In this document: positions 1 to 10,901 of the stretch, one piece after another
Numbering within the stretch: the stretch's first letter is position 1
Layout of the letters: each line of letters starts with the position of its first letter
Source: Epithemia pelagica
Lineage: Eukaryota > Protista > Bacillariophyta
DNA: 64,000 bases
Assembly (NCBI GenBank): GCA_946965045.2
Contig: OX337238.1
Span: 1,860,001 to 1,924,000, forward strand
Direction of reading: 5' to 3'
Position numbers and translations under genes: made by a program
Notes under the pieces: model-generated
Database searches by the model: none
What the model was told of the DNA's origin: nothing
What the model saw: only the letters and a program-made list of their open reading frames with translations

Positions 1-18
1 AAGCTTTATGATGCCGAT

Positions 19-3000
19 TTGGTGCCAGTGGTGGCAGCAGCCCATAAGAGAGAAAAGGCTCCAACCCAAGAGGACATCGAGGAAACAGAAGAGCGTTGCA
101 TCGCCATTCGCTTTATCAGGACGTGTGGAAACAAGGAATACGAGTCGCACCTACAGAACATGTTTCTGGATGGTCATAACTCTTACCCAAGGACCTTAGC
201 GGACGCACGAGCGATATTGGACAATCGGATGACAGCAAAAAACAAGCCCAATCAATCGACTGGTGGATCGCAACCTGATAATGCCACAGGAGTAGCCTAC
301 ATGACCCATGAAAGTGACCAAGGCAGTAATACTTCAACCATTACGGACAGCCAAGCAAGCGGAGCAGAATCCGGTAACCATGCACATGCAAACAGTGGAG
401 GTGGGGAGGATTTATGTTGTTTGCTTACACACGAGCGTGTCATCTTACCAAATTTTGTTTTCTCCTCGTCACATTCACAGGCTAGTGTGCCCAAGGGTTG
501 GATCCTCCTGGATAACCAATCCACTGTCGATATCATTCATGATCGACGACTCCTCCAAAACATCCACACCTCTGATAGTCCCATTAACATACAAAGTCAC
601 GCGGGAAAGAGACAATTAACCAAAAAGGGACTGCTACCAGGCTATGGCTTGGTCTGGTTTGACGAGCAGTGCCCTGCCAACATTCTATCACTCAACAATG
701 CCACCACCAGGTTTCAAGTCAAGTATAACAGCGACGATGGCAACCAATTTACATTGCATGATCGATCATCGGGACGACTAAAGCACCGATTTCACCGTAG
801 TCCTGATGGCCTCTATTACATGGATTCCGGCTCGCTACAAGGTAGCTTTTTAACTACTGTTAGTGAAAACGAAGCCGGTTATTCACCTGATGATGTTGCC
901 AGAGCAAAAGCTGCCAGATCGCTCCTAGCGAAAATAGGTCGCCCATCAACCAGAGAATATATCAAGATATTGAAAAACAATTTACTACCCAACGCGAATG
1001 TCAATGAGCACGACGTACGAAGGGCCGAGAAGTTGTACGGCCCGGATTTGGGCACGTTGAAAGGAAAGACTACCAGGAGGAAGCCCCCACGGGTTGACAC
1101 CAGTCTCATTGTCCCGCCAACTATAGCCGAAGAGCACAAAGACGTGACCATCGCCATTGATGTGCTGCACGTGAACAATGTGGCGTTTCTTGCCACTATC
1201 TCTCGCCGTATCCACTTTGGCACCATTGAAGCCATCCAAAACTCCAACGACTCTACCTTGTTACACGCTTTACGCAACACCTTGTCGATCTATCGGCGAG
1301 GCGGACTGCGTCCCCGGGTCATTCTTGCCGACGGGGCGTTTACCAGCGAATACTTGAAGACCCAGCTGCAGTTAATGGGAGTAAACCTCAACCCAACAGC
1401 ACGTGATGAGCACGTGGGCGACATCGAGAGATATATAAGAACCGTGAAAGAACGCATGCGATGCGTTTACAATACACTGCCTTTCGACCAGATCCCGAAG
1501 GCCATGCTGATTGAAATGGCCAAGTTTTCTGTTTTCTGGCTCAACAGTTTCCCTCACTCGTCAGGCATCTCACAGACCGAGAGTCCACGTCGCATTGTCA
1601 CTGGAGAGTCAATTGACTATAGACGACACTGCCGTTTTGAGTTTGGGCAATATGTGCAAAGCCATGAGCAGCACGATAACACTATGGCCAAACGGACAGT
1701 GGGAGCCATAGCTTTACGTCCTACAGGCAATCGACAGGGTAGTTATTATTTTCTGAGTTTAGACAGCGGTCGCATCATCACAAGAAATCATGCAACCCCA
1801 CTACCAATCCCACAGGAAGTCATCAAGCGAGTACATCAACTAGCACAAGCGCAACAAATGCAACCAGGGCTAGTCTTTGGGAATAAAGACAACAGGATCT
1901 TGGCCATGGGTGAGGACAATCCCCTATATGACGAGGAGGATGATGACTCATACCAATCCGAAGCCGAGACTGAAGAAGATTTGCGCTATGATGAAGAGTT
2001 GGTGGATGAGGAACTTGATGCCATTGTTCAGGACCAAGTCGATGAGGCTGAAGTTAATCATGGCGAACAAGATGCCGACATCAACCTGCCGCTAATCGAA
2101 CATGCAGCTGGAATACAGGCAAATGCTGAAAACCAAGGAGTGGGGCAGCATGAAATGGACGCTGCTGATGCATTGGATGTGGCAAATCAAGGAGTGGGGA
2201 TCGATGAGAACGATCTATACGACAATCAAAACGATGAATCAGTCATAGAGGACCAGAATCAGGCGGAGCTGGAAGAGGAGGAAGAAGCGGATGAAACGGA
2301 GGAAGGGGCACTAGCCGGAGGAGAGGATGAAGAGAGGGGAGAGGATGACGGTGATTCGGTTCCAGATGACGGTGATTCGGGGCAAGATCCCAACAACAAT
2401 GACAACAACAATGACAACAGATACAATTTACGCCCGAATCGGGAGCGTAGTTACCGGCACCGCTACGGGCATTCCTTCGCATGCATCGATACATTAAAGC
2501 ATGGCCGTTATGATGGTTATTTGAGGGACGGCATCCTATTTTTAATCGAGTCCGAAGTCAATCTGTCCACCCCTCAGATGTCCATGCGTAAGGGCGTAAA
2601 ATTATTTGGAGACAAAGGTGTGGCTGCGGTGAAGAAAGAAAATCAACAATTACACGATCGTGGGGTGTTACGGGCCGTTCACAAAACGGATTTAACATGG
2701 TCCCAAGTGCAACAGGCGCTGGGCTATCTCATGTTCTTGAAACGGAAACGATGCGGAAAGATTAAGGGGCGTGGGTGCGCTGACGGACGAAAGCAGAGGA
2801 CTCACATCAAGAAAGACGAATCAGCTTCGCCCACTGTGGCAACAGAAGCGGTTTTCATTACCGCCGTCATTGATGCCTTGGAGCGGCGGGTTGTGACAGT
2901 AGCCGATATTCCCGGAGCCTTCATGCATTCGGATATGGATCCGGATGTTTACATGAGGATTGACGGGTTGATGGCTGAACTGTTGCTCGAAGTTGACCGA

Positions 3001-4386
3001 TCCGCCTATGAGCCCTATTTAACCTACGAAAAGAATCAGCCCGTGATATACGTCGAGATGTTAAAGGCCTTATATGGCACACTTCGAGCTGCCCGTCTCT
3101 TTTGGGAGAAACTCACTGCCGTGTAGAAAAGTTGGAACTTTGCAATCAACCCATACGACTCCTGTGTAGCCAACAAGATCGTTAATGAAAAACAGCTCAC
3201 AGTAACGTGGCATATTGATGACTTGAAGATCTCCCATGTGGATGGGCAGGTTGTTCAACAGTTTGTCAACGACCTAAAGGCCGAATTTGGACAACTGGGG
3301 GAGATTTCCGTGTCAGAGGGTAGTCGACATGACTACTTAGGAATGTTCCTCGATTATGGGGAGGATGGGGTCGTGCAGGTTGACATGCGCCCATACCTCG
3401 ATACAGTGCTTGATGATCTGCCAAAGTGTTTTAAAGGCAAAGCCAGGACACCAGCAGCCAAGCATTTGTATAAAACCAACGAACAATCTAAGAAACTGAA
3501 TGACGAACAAGCGGAGTTGTACCACAGTCTGACTATGCAACTTGCATATGTTGCCCAACGGGGAAGACCGGACATCCGCATGGCAGTCAACTTCCTTAGC
3601 ACGCGAGTAGCCAATCCCGATGAGGATGACTACCGAAAATTGGGTCGTGTCCTGAAATATCTACAATCCACCAGAGATTTGATCCTTCGTTTGGAAGCAG
3701 ATGCCGATGGCAAAGCGTTGTGGTGGGCGGATGCATCCTATGCAACCCACCCAGACATGAAAGGACAAACCGGCGGATATATGACCCTGGGAAAAGGCGC
3801 CGTAATGACGGCATCCAATAAACAAAAGCTCGTCGCACGGAGTTCGACAGAATGTGAATTAATCGGCGTGCATGATATTCTCCCTTCGATTATATGGAGT
3901 AAAAACTTCCTGGAAGCTCAAGGGTATCCGTTGAAGGACGTTGTCTTGCACCAAGATAACCAAAGCAGTATTTTGTTGGCGAATAATGGACGGTTGTCCA
4001 GTTCCAAAAGAACTAAACACATCAATCTGCGATATTTTTACGTGACCGACTGCATCAAGAGAAAAGAGTTCCGTGTTGCCTTTTGCCCGACGGAATCGAT
4101 GATTGCTGATTTCTTTACCAAACCGCTTCAAGGTCAAGCGTTCTACCGTCTGCGGGATACCATCATGAACGTGCTCCCGTCTGACCCTTTTCATTCGTCG
4201 CACAGGAGTGTGTTGAAGTATAAGCAGGAAACGGTAGGTGAGGTAGCTGCAGAGAAGGTGAAGGACCAATCAGCGACTAAAGATATGGATCCGGAGAATG
4301 AAGGATGGATCTTAGTCAGGCGACGTGGCAGCGGAAAAGGAACGAAGACGAAACAAGGAGAGGTTCATTCTAAGGAGATTACCTAA
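19..4386 (+). pseudogene. Copia gag-pol polyprotein, 5'-partial, with one in-frame TAG (3124-3126) in RT
   Basis: Protease WILLDNQST; integrase IAIDVLH / ILADGAF / DIERYIRTVKER; RT DIPGAF, KALYG, WHIDD; RNase H WADASYA, SSTECE, HQDNQS. ORFs 19-3126 and 3223-4386 share a frame and read ...KLTAV*KSWNFAINPYD... across the stop. Confidence 0.92.
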
Positions 4387-4905
4387 TTCAATAGAACCTA
4401 TAAACAGTTGCTTTTACAGCACGGTTTTGTTTGAGTTACAACAAGTCTATCCACAAAAATAGTGCCGCCACATCCACATAGGTCTCACTTACCCCCAAGC
4501 GGAGGAAACCATAGTCAGTCGCACGATAAGGTGCATTCCCTGAGAAGAATTAGGCAACTTCTTTCCGACTCAGGCCGGCAGCACTCATTCAGATCCGCGG
4601 GGGAGTAAGATCACACATAAATTCATCTTTTCTGTCACCTCTTTCGATAGGGACCCAACAATCACCATGAAGACTCGTTCACCTTGATTACTTCTAGTGA
4701 ACAAAGAACATGACCGAAATCCCAATGGAGTATGAACTAAGCCTCTAGAGAGCGTAACTGTTATAAAAATGTAAGGGGAGAGGTGCGAGGTGTCCGCTCC
4801 GTTTAAACACTGCACGCGCATTTGGGAATCCGATCTCCGAAAAAACAAACCCCATACACATACAGACATGTGACACGAAACGTCTCCCCGGTTAACCTTC
4901 AATCA
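4211..4905 (+). repeat. 3' LTR of the copia element (~0.69 kb)
   Basis: Starts TGTTGAAG right after purine-rich caggagtg at the HRSVL end of RNase H. It ends in near-inverted CTTCAATCA (4897-4905). No second copy in the window to confirm it. Confidence 0.65.
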
Positions 4906-5018
4906 CCCATCAAAAGTCACCCAAGCAATAAAGTACGAGGCGCTCACGCCAAAAGAGGAAGTGCTACAAAAGCAGCGTCAAGACAACACACAGCTTAGGC
5001 TCTGTACACAACCCAAAT

Positions 5019-6599
5019 ATGTCAGCGTTGCAATCTCCCCCAATTTCGACAGAGAAAGCAAATAGAGTGGACGCTCCTGCGGTGACAAGAAAAGAGTCGT
5101 TTGAGGATTATAATCTCTCACTTCCAAAGTTTCTCATCAAGAAATCTTTCGACGACGCAGTGAGAGCGATCAATGACGATTGGCCAAATCTAGATGTTAC
5201 GTGGTCAAAGAATGGAGAAAAGGTGAACTGGAAAAAGATCAATGATGAAGGTGAACACGTGGAGCTTGGTTTTGAGACTCGCCGTGTTCTACTTTTCCTC
5301 TACAGTCGTAACTTTATGATGAATGTGAAACAGAAAACCAGAAAGAAGGCTGTAAGGGAGATTCTGAAAAAAGGGGGCAATCGCATCCACCAAGTAATGG
5401 CCGTCGACGGAGATATTGATTTATCAAACCAAGAGGCCTATCAGATTCATTACATCCGGGCCTGTACATCGATTCACCGCTACTTTCAACAAATCGGGAC
5501 AACAGGATTTTCCCGAGACATGTCCAACGTGACGTATTACTTTCGAATGCAAAAGCATGGTAGTTGCTTCCTTCAAGCACCATGTGTAGCCATGTCCTAC
5601 GTGTTGGGTGTTTGCGGCCAACCAATGCCACCGAGCAATGTGTCGCGACTGGTCCGGCACCATTTTACTGACAAAGAATTGATGGATTACGTTGTAAGGC
5701 ACAGCGGTGGTGACTCTGCAAAGATCTTTGAGATTCTCGAGAAAAAATTCTTTGTCTCCAGGCGTAACCAGTCTTATATCAACGCATCGGATCTTCCGGA
5801 CCCAATGGAACTCAACAGACTTACTGAGGAACTTGCAAAACAGCCTCTTTTGGTTTCAAGATTTGCATTTCCAGACAACTTTTGGTGCAAACCACCTTCA
5901 CAAGACGTGAGAAGCAAGTGTCCTGATTTGGACAAATTTCTCCGCAGCATGGAGGAGACTGTGGTTCCCAACCAAATTTGGTCGAAGGTTGCTGCGGATT
6001 CGATTCCTCATGGTGTTGCTCGTTTCACTACATGGGGTGAGCCGGCTGAATTTGTTCTGTTCGATGATCCCTTCAATACGTCATCACAAGAAGAGGAAGA
6101 TGCTCTAGTAGAAGGATGGAGAGCATTATTGAATGCAGCTGCTGTTGGCAATCAAGATGACAATGATACTCAGACTACTCTTGGTGCATCGATGTCCAGC
6201 TCTTCAGGTGATGGTAGGGGATCATCAGTCTCCGAGAAGTCAGCTGCCTTCAATGCGGCCATGTTGACGACACATGATTATTTTGAAGAGGATTTGTCTT
6301 TTCTGGACAATAATGAACAAGATGACGATAGTGCGAGCACCTTTTGGGAAGTTGACGAACATAGTGTCAGCACATGCTCGGAAACACATGAATGTGAGGA
6401 AGGAGATGCCACGACCAGTCATGCCATGATCCTCCTTGGGTATCGGGAACTGGATGGGTCAAAGTATTGGCTCTTGCAGAATTCTTGGGAAGGCCCAATG
6501 CAAATCATTGAAGTGAGCACGGAATATTTGGTGGAATCGAATGCTTGTCTCCGCTTCTATAATCTATTAAGCCGGCGGGTAAAGACAAAGGCTGAATGA
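5019..6599 (+). CDS. Papain-like (clan CA / C1-type) cysteine peptidase domain protein, 526 aa
   Basis: QKHGSCF (oxyanion Gln + catalytic Cys) and HAMILLGY...YWLLQNSW (catalytic His/Asn). Single long ORF. Confidence 0.8.
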   Translation: MSALQSPPISTEKANRVDAPAVTRKESFEDYNLSLPKFLIKKSFDDAVRAINDDWPNLDVTWSKNGEKVNWKKINDEGEHVELGFETRRVLLFLYSRNFMMNVKQKTRKKAVREILKKGGNRIHQVMAVDGDIDLSNQEAYQIHYIRACTSIHRYFQQIGTTGFSRDMSNVTYYFRMQKHGSCFLQAPCVAMSYVLGVCGQPMPPSNVSRLVRHHFTDKELMDYVVRHSGGDSAKIFEILEKKFFVSRRNQSYINASDLPDPMELNRLTEELAKQPLLVSRFAFPDNFWCKPPSQDVRSKCPDLDKFLRSMEETVVPNQIWSKVAADSIPHGVARFTTWGEPAEFVLFDDPFNTSSQEEEDALVEGWRALLNAAAVGNQDDNDTQTTLGASMSSSSGDGRGSSVSEKSAAFNAAMLTTHDYFEEDLSFLDNNEQDDDSASTFWEVDEHSVSTCSETHECEEGDATTSHAMILLGYRELDGSKYWLLQNSWEGPMQIIEVSTEYLVESNACLRFYNLLSRRVKTKAE

Positions 6600-6977
6600 G
6601 AACGGCAGAACTTGACTGGGTTTTTCTGCTCGTCTCCAGTGGCAGAGAGTAGTCATCTCGAACGGAGTGACGGCGAGTGGTCCGATGGCATTTTCCCCAT
6701 GACGGGATACGAATCCTCATAGACGTGTTGTAGTGACACCTGAATGATCGAGCGACTCCATCTATGTATCTTGCGCAAGATTCAAAGAGAGGACATTAAC
6801 TTATCTCTTTATTGTCACCCACTAGTATTTCATAAAAGGTGTAACTTGTGTCTTGTTTCAATTGTCGGCAAATGAGATCCCGTTTCCATTATTTGTAACG
6901 GGAAGAATTCTAGGGAAGGCAATTTTTATTAAAATTATGCTTCAAGCGTGGCGCCGTGGATTCGAAGTTCTCCCGTA

Positions 6978-8438
6978 TCATAGTTCATCGACCTCCGAAG
7001 CTTGTGATTCCTCCGCCTCATCGCCATACGAGCTGGCTCCATACAATAACACCAATTCCGTCCTTCGACTGGTATATCGCGTGGTGGCATCTCGTACCCG
7101 TGTCTCTGATGACTCGCTGTGCACCACGACAGGGCCCGTGGTGTGGTAAAAGAGGGAGGAATCAAAGACAATGGCACGATTGACTTGAAAGGGGACCGTC
7201 ACATTGGCGTAGCCAGAGGGTCGTATTACCGTCTCCAGTACTTGACTGGGTTCCAAGGTCAAGGCCCAATCCGGGGGTGGTTTGGCGGTAAAGACGACCA
7301 AGTCTCCTCCCTCCTGCTCCGTAGTAGTAGTGCTTGTGGTGGCCTCGGGAGGATTGGGTGTCAGCCACAAGTGGACATGAATTGACGAAAAGGGATCCCC
7401 CACTTGCAAGGATCCATCCGCTAGTGTTGTGGAAGGATTCAATGGTCTTGTCGTCGTCGTCGTCGTATCGTATTTGCGAGCCCACAAATCGTGGAGCGCC
7501 GTATCTGGTTCCAGGATTTTTGGTGGCTGGAGCTTTTGTGGTATTTCATAGGCCAATTGCAACAAGATCTTGTCAAAGAGGCCGTCATCCAAATGAGCCG
7601 ACGATATGTGTCCACCACGGACCGGATTGGATTCGTACCAAACCGTGGTTTCCCCCATTACTTGTTGCAATTTGGTCAGAGCCTTGGCCGTCAAGAAATT
7701 GTCCAGGACCAGGACTCCGGGACCATTCTCCCATTGTGTCTGTATGCTTTCGTCACGGAGCGGATTGATTAATGGAATCAGGTCCCCCGTCGATTCATCC
7801 ACCAGTGGCTCCATGGCGGTGGGCCGCCAGGCTTTGTTGTAGACCAAATCAATCATGGACTCGTCGTAATCTTGTTGGGTAAAGAAATACAAACTCGTGT
7901 CGTTGAACGTGGCTGGAATGTTGTCCAAGACGGCTTGATAAATTGGCGCCGCCACATCCTGGAAAAAGGATGCCTCCGTCTCATCGTCCAAGGTTTCCGC
8001 CAAATACAAGGCTTGTTCGAGGTCCAAGGTTAACTTGGCTCGTGTCGTAAAACTCATGCCGCTTCCTCGAACCAACAATTCTTGGGGAAGCGGAATCATG
8101 TCGCCCGAAGAGTGGTCCTCGTCTCCATGGGTTTCATGATCCTCATCATCGTCATCATCATCCGCTGGCATTCGAGCCGAATGTTCAAACAAAAACTGCA
8201 ACACTTCAAACAGGCCTTCCATTCCATGGGGGAAAAAGTAGGCAATGTCATGGCGTTCCAAAATGGGTGGAATTTCGTCATCCTCCATCATCTCGGGAGG
8301 CGGATACTCGTCGTCGTCGTCGTTGCCGCCATTATGATTGGTGGTGGTTGGATCCAGTGCCGTCGTACTACTCCACTGGAACCAGCCAATCCACAGGCAG
8401 ATGAGAAGAAGTATTTGGAGATGCCGTGCCTCATTCAT
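6978..8438 (-). CDS. Signal-peptide protein with a C-terminal 2OG-Fe(II) oxygenase-like fold, 486 aa
   Basis: Hydrophobic N-terminus (LQILLLICLWIGWF) and acidic linker. Then VLVLDNFL...LWARKYD...VHLWLTP...GGDLVVF...NRAIVFDSSLFYH...RRTELVLLYG, a pattern typical of 2OG-oxygenase-like domains. Confidence 0.7.
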   Translation of the reverse strand: MNEARHLQILLLICLWIGWFQWSSTTALDPTTTNHNGGNDDDDEYPPPEMMEDDEIPPILERHDIAYFFPHGMEGLFEVLQFLFEHSARMPADDDDDDEDHETHGDEDHSSGDMIPLPQELLVRGSGMSFTTRAKLTLDLEQALYLAETLDDETEASFFQDVAAPIYQAVLDNIPATFNDTSLYFFTQQDYDESMIDLVYNKAWRPTAMEPLVDESTGDLIPLINPLRDESIQTQWENGPGVLVLDNFLTAKALTKLQQVMGETTVWYESNPVRGGHISSAHLDDGLFDKILLQLAYEIPQKLQPPKILEPDTALHDLWARKYDTTTTTTRPLNPSTTLADGSLQVGDPFSSIHVHLWLTPNPPEATTSTTTTEQEGGDLVVFTAKPPPDWALTLEPSQVLETVIRPSGYANVTVPFQVNRAIVFDSSLFYHTTGPVVVHSESSETRVRDATTRYTSRRTELVLLYGASSYGDEAEESQASEVDEL

Positions 8439-8891
8439 GGAGGAATGTCAGGTATGAGACACCAAGATTGGAGTTACAATCTCTTGGATGGTCTGGGATT
8501 GGATCTTTGATCTTTGGACTTTGGATCATTTTTTGTGTGGTCGTTGGACACGTGTCCGTTGTCTGTTGTCCGTTGTCCGTAGTGCGGACGGGCACACGTG
8601 ACGTGGCAGTCTGGACGCCGTCCGTACAAGGCTACACGGCACGTATCGTTTATCGTTTCTGCGATGCTGACGAAGGCAAACACACCAAATCTTACTACAC
8701 TTCGCCTTCGCATTGCTTCTCTGGAGTAGGAGTGGCCAAGTATCAACGAGACACAAGTTGGTTTCTCAAGACGAGTTTATACTGCTTGGCAACCTCTTTG
8801 GTAGTCAACGGGTTTGGTGGAAACGAGACTGGTGCAAAGCAGTTTCGTCCGATTAGTTACACGTTCTTGAAATCGAGTCCAAGTTGAAACA

Positions 8892-10715
8892 ATGACGACT
8901 GTCGCCAACGGCAACAAGGACAAGGTGGAGGAGGAAATTCCCATCCCCTTTGGCCTTTCTAGTATTTTTTGGAGCAAGGATACGTACAAGGGCATTGCCG
9001 ATCAGTTTCATCCCTTTCACAAACATGACATAAATGTCGTGGCTCATGTGTTTACGACTGGATTGGGCGTGTGGGGTGCCTTGCAATTGGCCGCGACGGT
9101 TGGTGGAATCCCCGCCCTCGTTTATGCCTATGCCGCTCTCATTGTGGCAACCACTCCCATTGTCACGGGTCTCTTGCATACCGCCTTTCTCTATGCATGT
9201 TTGCAGGTTCCGGTAGAGGCGACGCAACTCTTGGGACACCAACTGTCGCCTGTGCAAGTGTGCGGCTTGGCCATGGTGTTGGGCTATGGATTGCAAGATG
9301 TGGCGCACCTCATCTTTGCCGAAAAGACCTACATGGGGTCTTATATTCACGCCAAACCCTGGATGTTGGTGGTCCATTCCATTTGGCTCATGCCCTTGGT
9401 CATTGACTCGGTTCTCATGCGCTATTGTTTCTTGCCCAAACTCTTTGTGTCGCGGAACCGCAACGTGGTATGTGAGGTTGCCTCCCGCATGGCCATTGAA
9501 GAATTGCGGGAATGGATCAATCGCAATGTGCCGGTGACTCCCGAAACGACCCATGTCTGGCCGCACAAACAAGACGCGACAGCGGGACCCACCTTGGCCT
9601 TGGAAAACGATGCCGCCATTTATGCGGGGTTCCGCAAGGTGTTTGCCTTGCATCATTTTGATGTCCGGCCTGTCCAAGGGATGAATGAAATTTATGTCAC
9701 GGCCGTGGGGGCCAAGAAGGAAATGAACTCGGATGCCGTCTTTTACACCCCCCACACCGATGGTCCCTTCTGGTTTACTCCCTACGCCTCCTTGTACCGT
9801 GTCTTGGTGGGAGTGACTCCCAATACCATGGTTCGGACCAACTTTAATTTGCAACACGGAGATACGCAGAACCAAGTACTGGACATGGATGGTGTGGTGG
9901 GCTTTGACTACAATCGTGAACTTCATTGGATTGATCACGTGCCCGGTGAGACCAACAAGGAACGTCGATCCTTGGTTAAATTGCACTTTGTCGTGTACCC
10001 CAAGGGCTGGCACTGGTATGGAAATTTGGTGGCCTTTTTGAACCAAAGTTACAATACGTGGGCGCGCAACAACTTTTTGCGCACCCTTCGTCCCACGAGT
10101 ACCTTTGCCAAACTGAATGCCTGGTGGATTTGGTTGACCACCTATTTCAACTACAAGTTTGAAGAAACGGTGGGCTGGCCCAATGTCGTGTACATTTTGG
10201 CGGCCTACGCCATGGGTCCGACACCCTTTTTGATTCTCACTAGTTTCCGTCACTATTGCGTCTACTTGTGTACCTTTGCCTTTCGCAACCCACCCGTGGC
10301 GCACGGCTTTTTGATGCGCGATGCCAAATTGTTCAAGACCACCGCTCTCTTGCATTTGGGACGTCGCTTGTTGCCCTTGGTGCAACTTCCCAATGACATT
10401 CCCGGTGTCTTGTTGGCCTGTATGGGCTTTGGTGTGACAATTTTGGCCACGGTCCGGTTGGGCATGGTCCGTACCTACTTTGGTTCGGAATTGGGCTTTG
10501 TCGAACCCAAGTGGATTTCCGGATTCCCCTATGGGACCATCCCCCATCCCATGATTGTGGGCCAACTCTTTGCCTACACCAATATTTTGTACTGGTTCGG
10601 TGGCTTCTCCAGTGATGGTGGTCGACTTGGAATGGAAACGGTCTATCTCATTTGCACTCACATGGCGTTCTACACGGCTCACATGGTCCAAGAGATGCTC
10701 TTTAGCAGTTACTAA
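8892..10715 (+). CDS. Multi-pass membrane protein: Mpo1/DUF962-like + HxD...H dioxygenase-like + PEMT-type methyltransferase, 607 aa
   Basis: FHKHDINVVAH and LQDVAHLIFAE (Mpo1-like); PHTDGP...YNRELHW (facial-triad-like); RTYFGSELG...GFPYGTIPHPMIVGQ (PEMT-like). Intact ATG-to-TAA ORF. Confidence 0.8.
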   Translation: MTTVANGNKDKVEEEIPIPFGLSSIFWSKDTYKGIADQFHPFHKHDINVVAHVFTTGLGVWGALQLAATVGGIPALVYAYAALIVATTPIVTGLLHTAFLYACLQVPVEATQLLGHQLSPVQVCGLAMVLGYGLQDVAHLIFAEKTYMGSYIHAKPWMLVVHSIWLMPLVIDSVLMRYCFLPKLFVSRNRNVVCEVASRMAIEELREWINRNVPVTPETTHVWPHKQDATAGPTLALENDAAIYAGFRKVFALHHFDVRPVQGMNEIYVTAVGAKKEMNSDAVFYTPHTDGPFWFTPYASLYRVLVGVTPNTMVRTNFNLQHGDTQNQVLDMDGVVGFDYNRELHWIDHVPGETNKERRSLVKLHFVVYPKGWHWYGNLVAFLNQSYNTWARNNFLRTLRPTSTFAKLNAWWIWLTTYFNYKFEETVGWPNVVYILAAYAMGPTPFLILTSFRHYCVYLCTFAFRNPPVAHGFLMRDAKLFKTTALLHLGRRLLPLVQLPNDIPGVLLACMGFGVTILATVRLGMVRTYFGSELGFVEPKWISGFPYGTIPHPMIVGQLFAYTNILYWFGGFSSDGGRLGMETVYLICTHMAFYTAHMVQEMLFSSY

Positions 10716-10901
10716 GAAATACTGTAAAGAGTGCCTCGTTTCATTGCCATTACGAGATCACAGGAATCTGTCAAATCAGATTATTTAGTTAGCTTTCCAT
10801 CCAATAATGGATAAACTAACCACGCATTTCGAACTTCAAGGCCGAACAATCGGGTTGCGAGAATGTTTCTAAAAATTGCAAGAGATGCTGCACTTCTTGT
10901 C

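Larger units (their letters stand above)
1..4905 (+). mobile_element. Ty1/copia LTR retrotransposon (CoDi-like); 5' part lies outside the window
   Basis: Copia domain order: end of gag, PR, IN, RT, RH, then a 3' LTR. The 5' LTR and TSD cannot be seen. The right boundary (4901-4905) is inferred from the terminal inverted motif. Confidence 0.93.

Noticed and set aside
2340-2420. Short GATGACGGTGATTCGG and AAC repeats in copia pol
   Set aside because: Ordinary low-complexity linker between integrase and RT.
3124-3132. Programmed stop-codon readthrough
   Set aside because: The stop lies inside RT rather than at a gag/pol boundary, and the context TAG-AAA-AGT is not a known readthrough signal. 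A nonsense mutation is simpler.
8853-10691. 612-aa minus-strand ORF
   Set aside because: Antisense shadow of the 8892-10715 gene; no motifs, and explained by codon bias of the sense gene.
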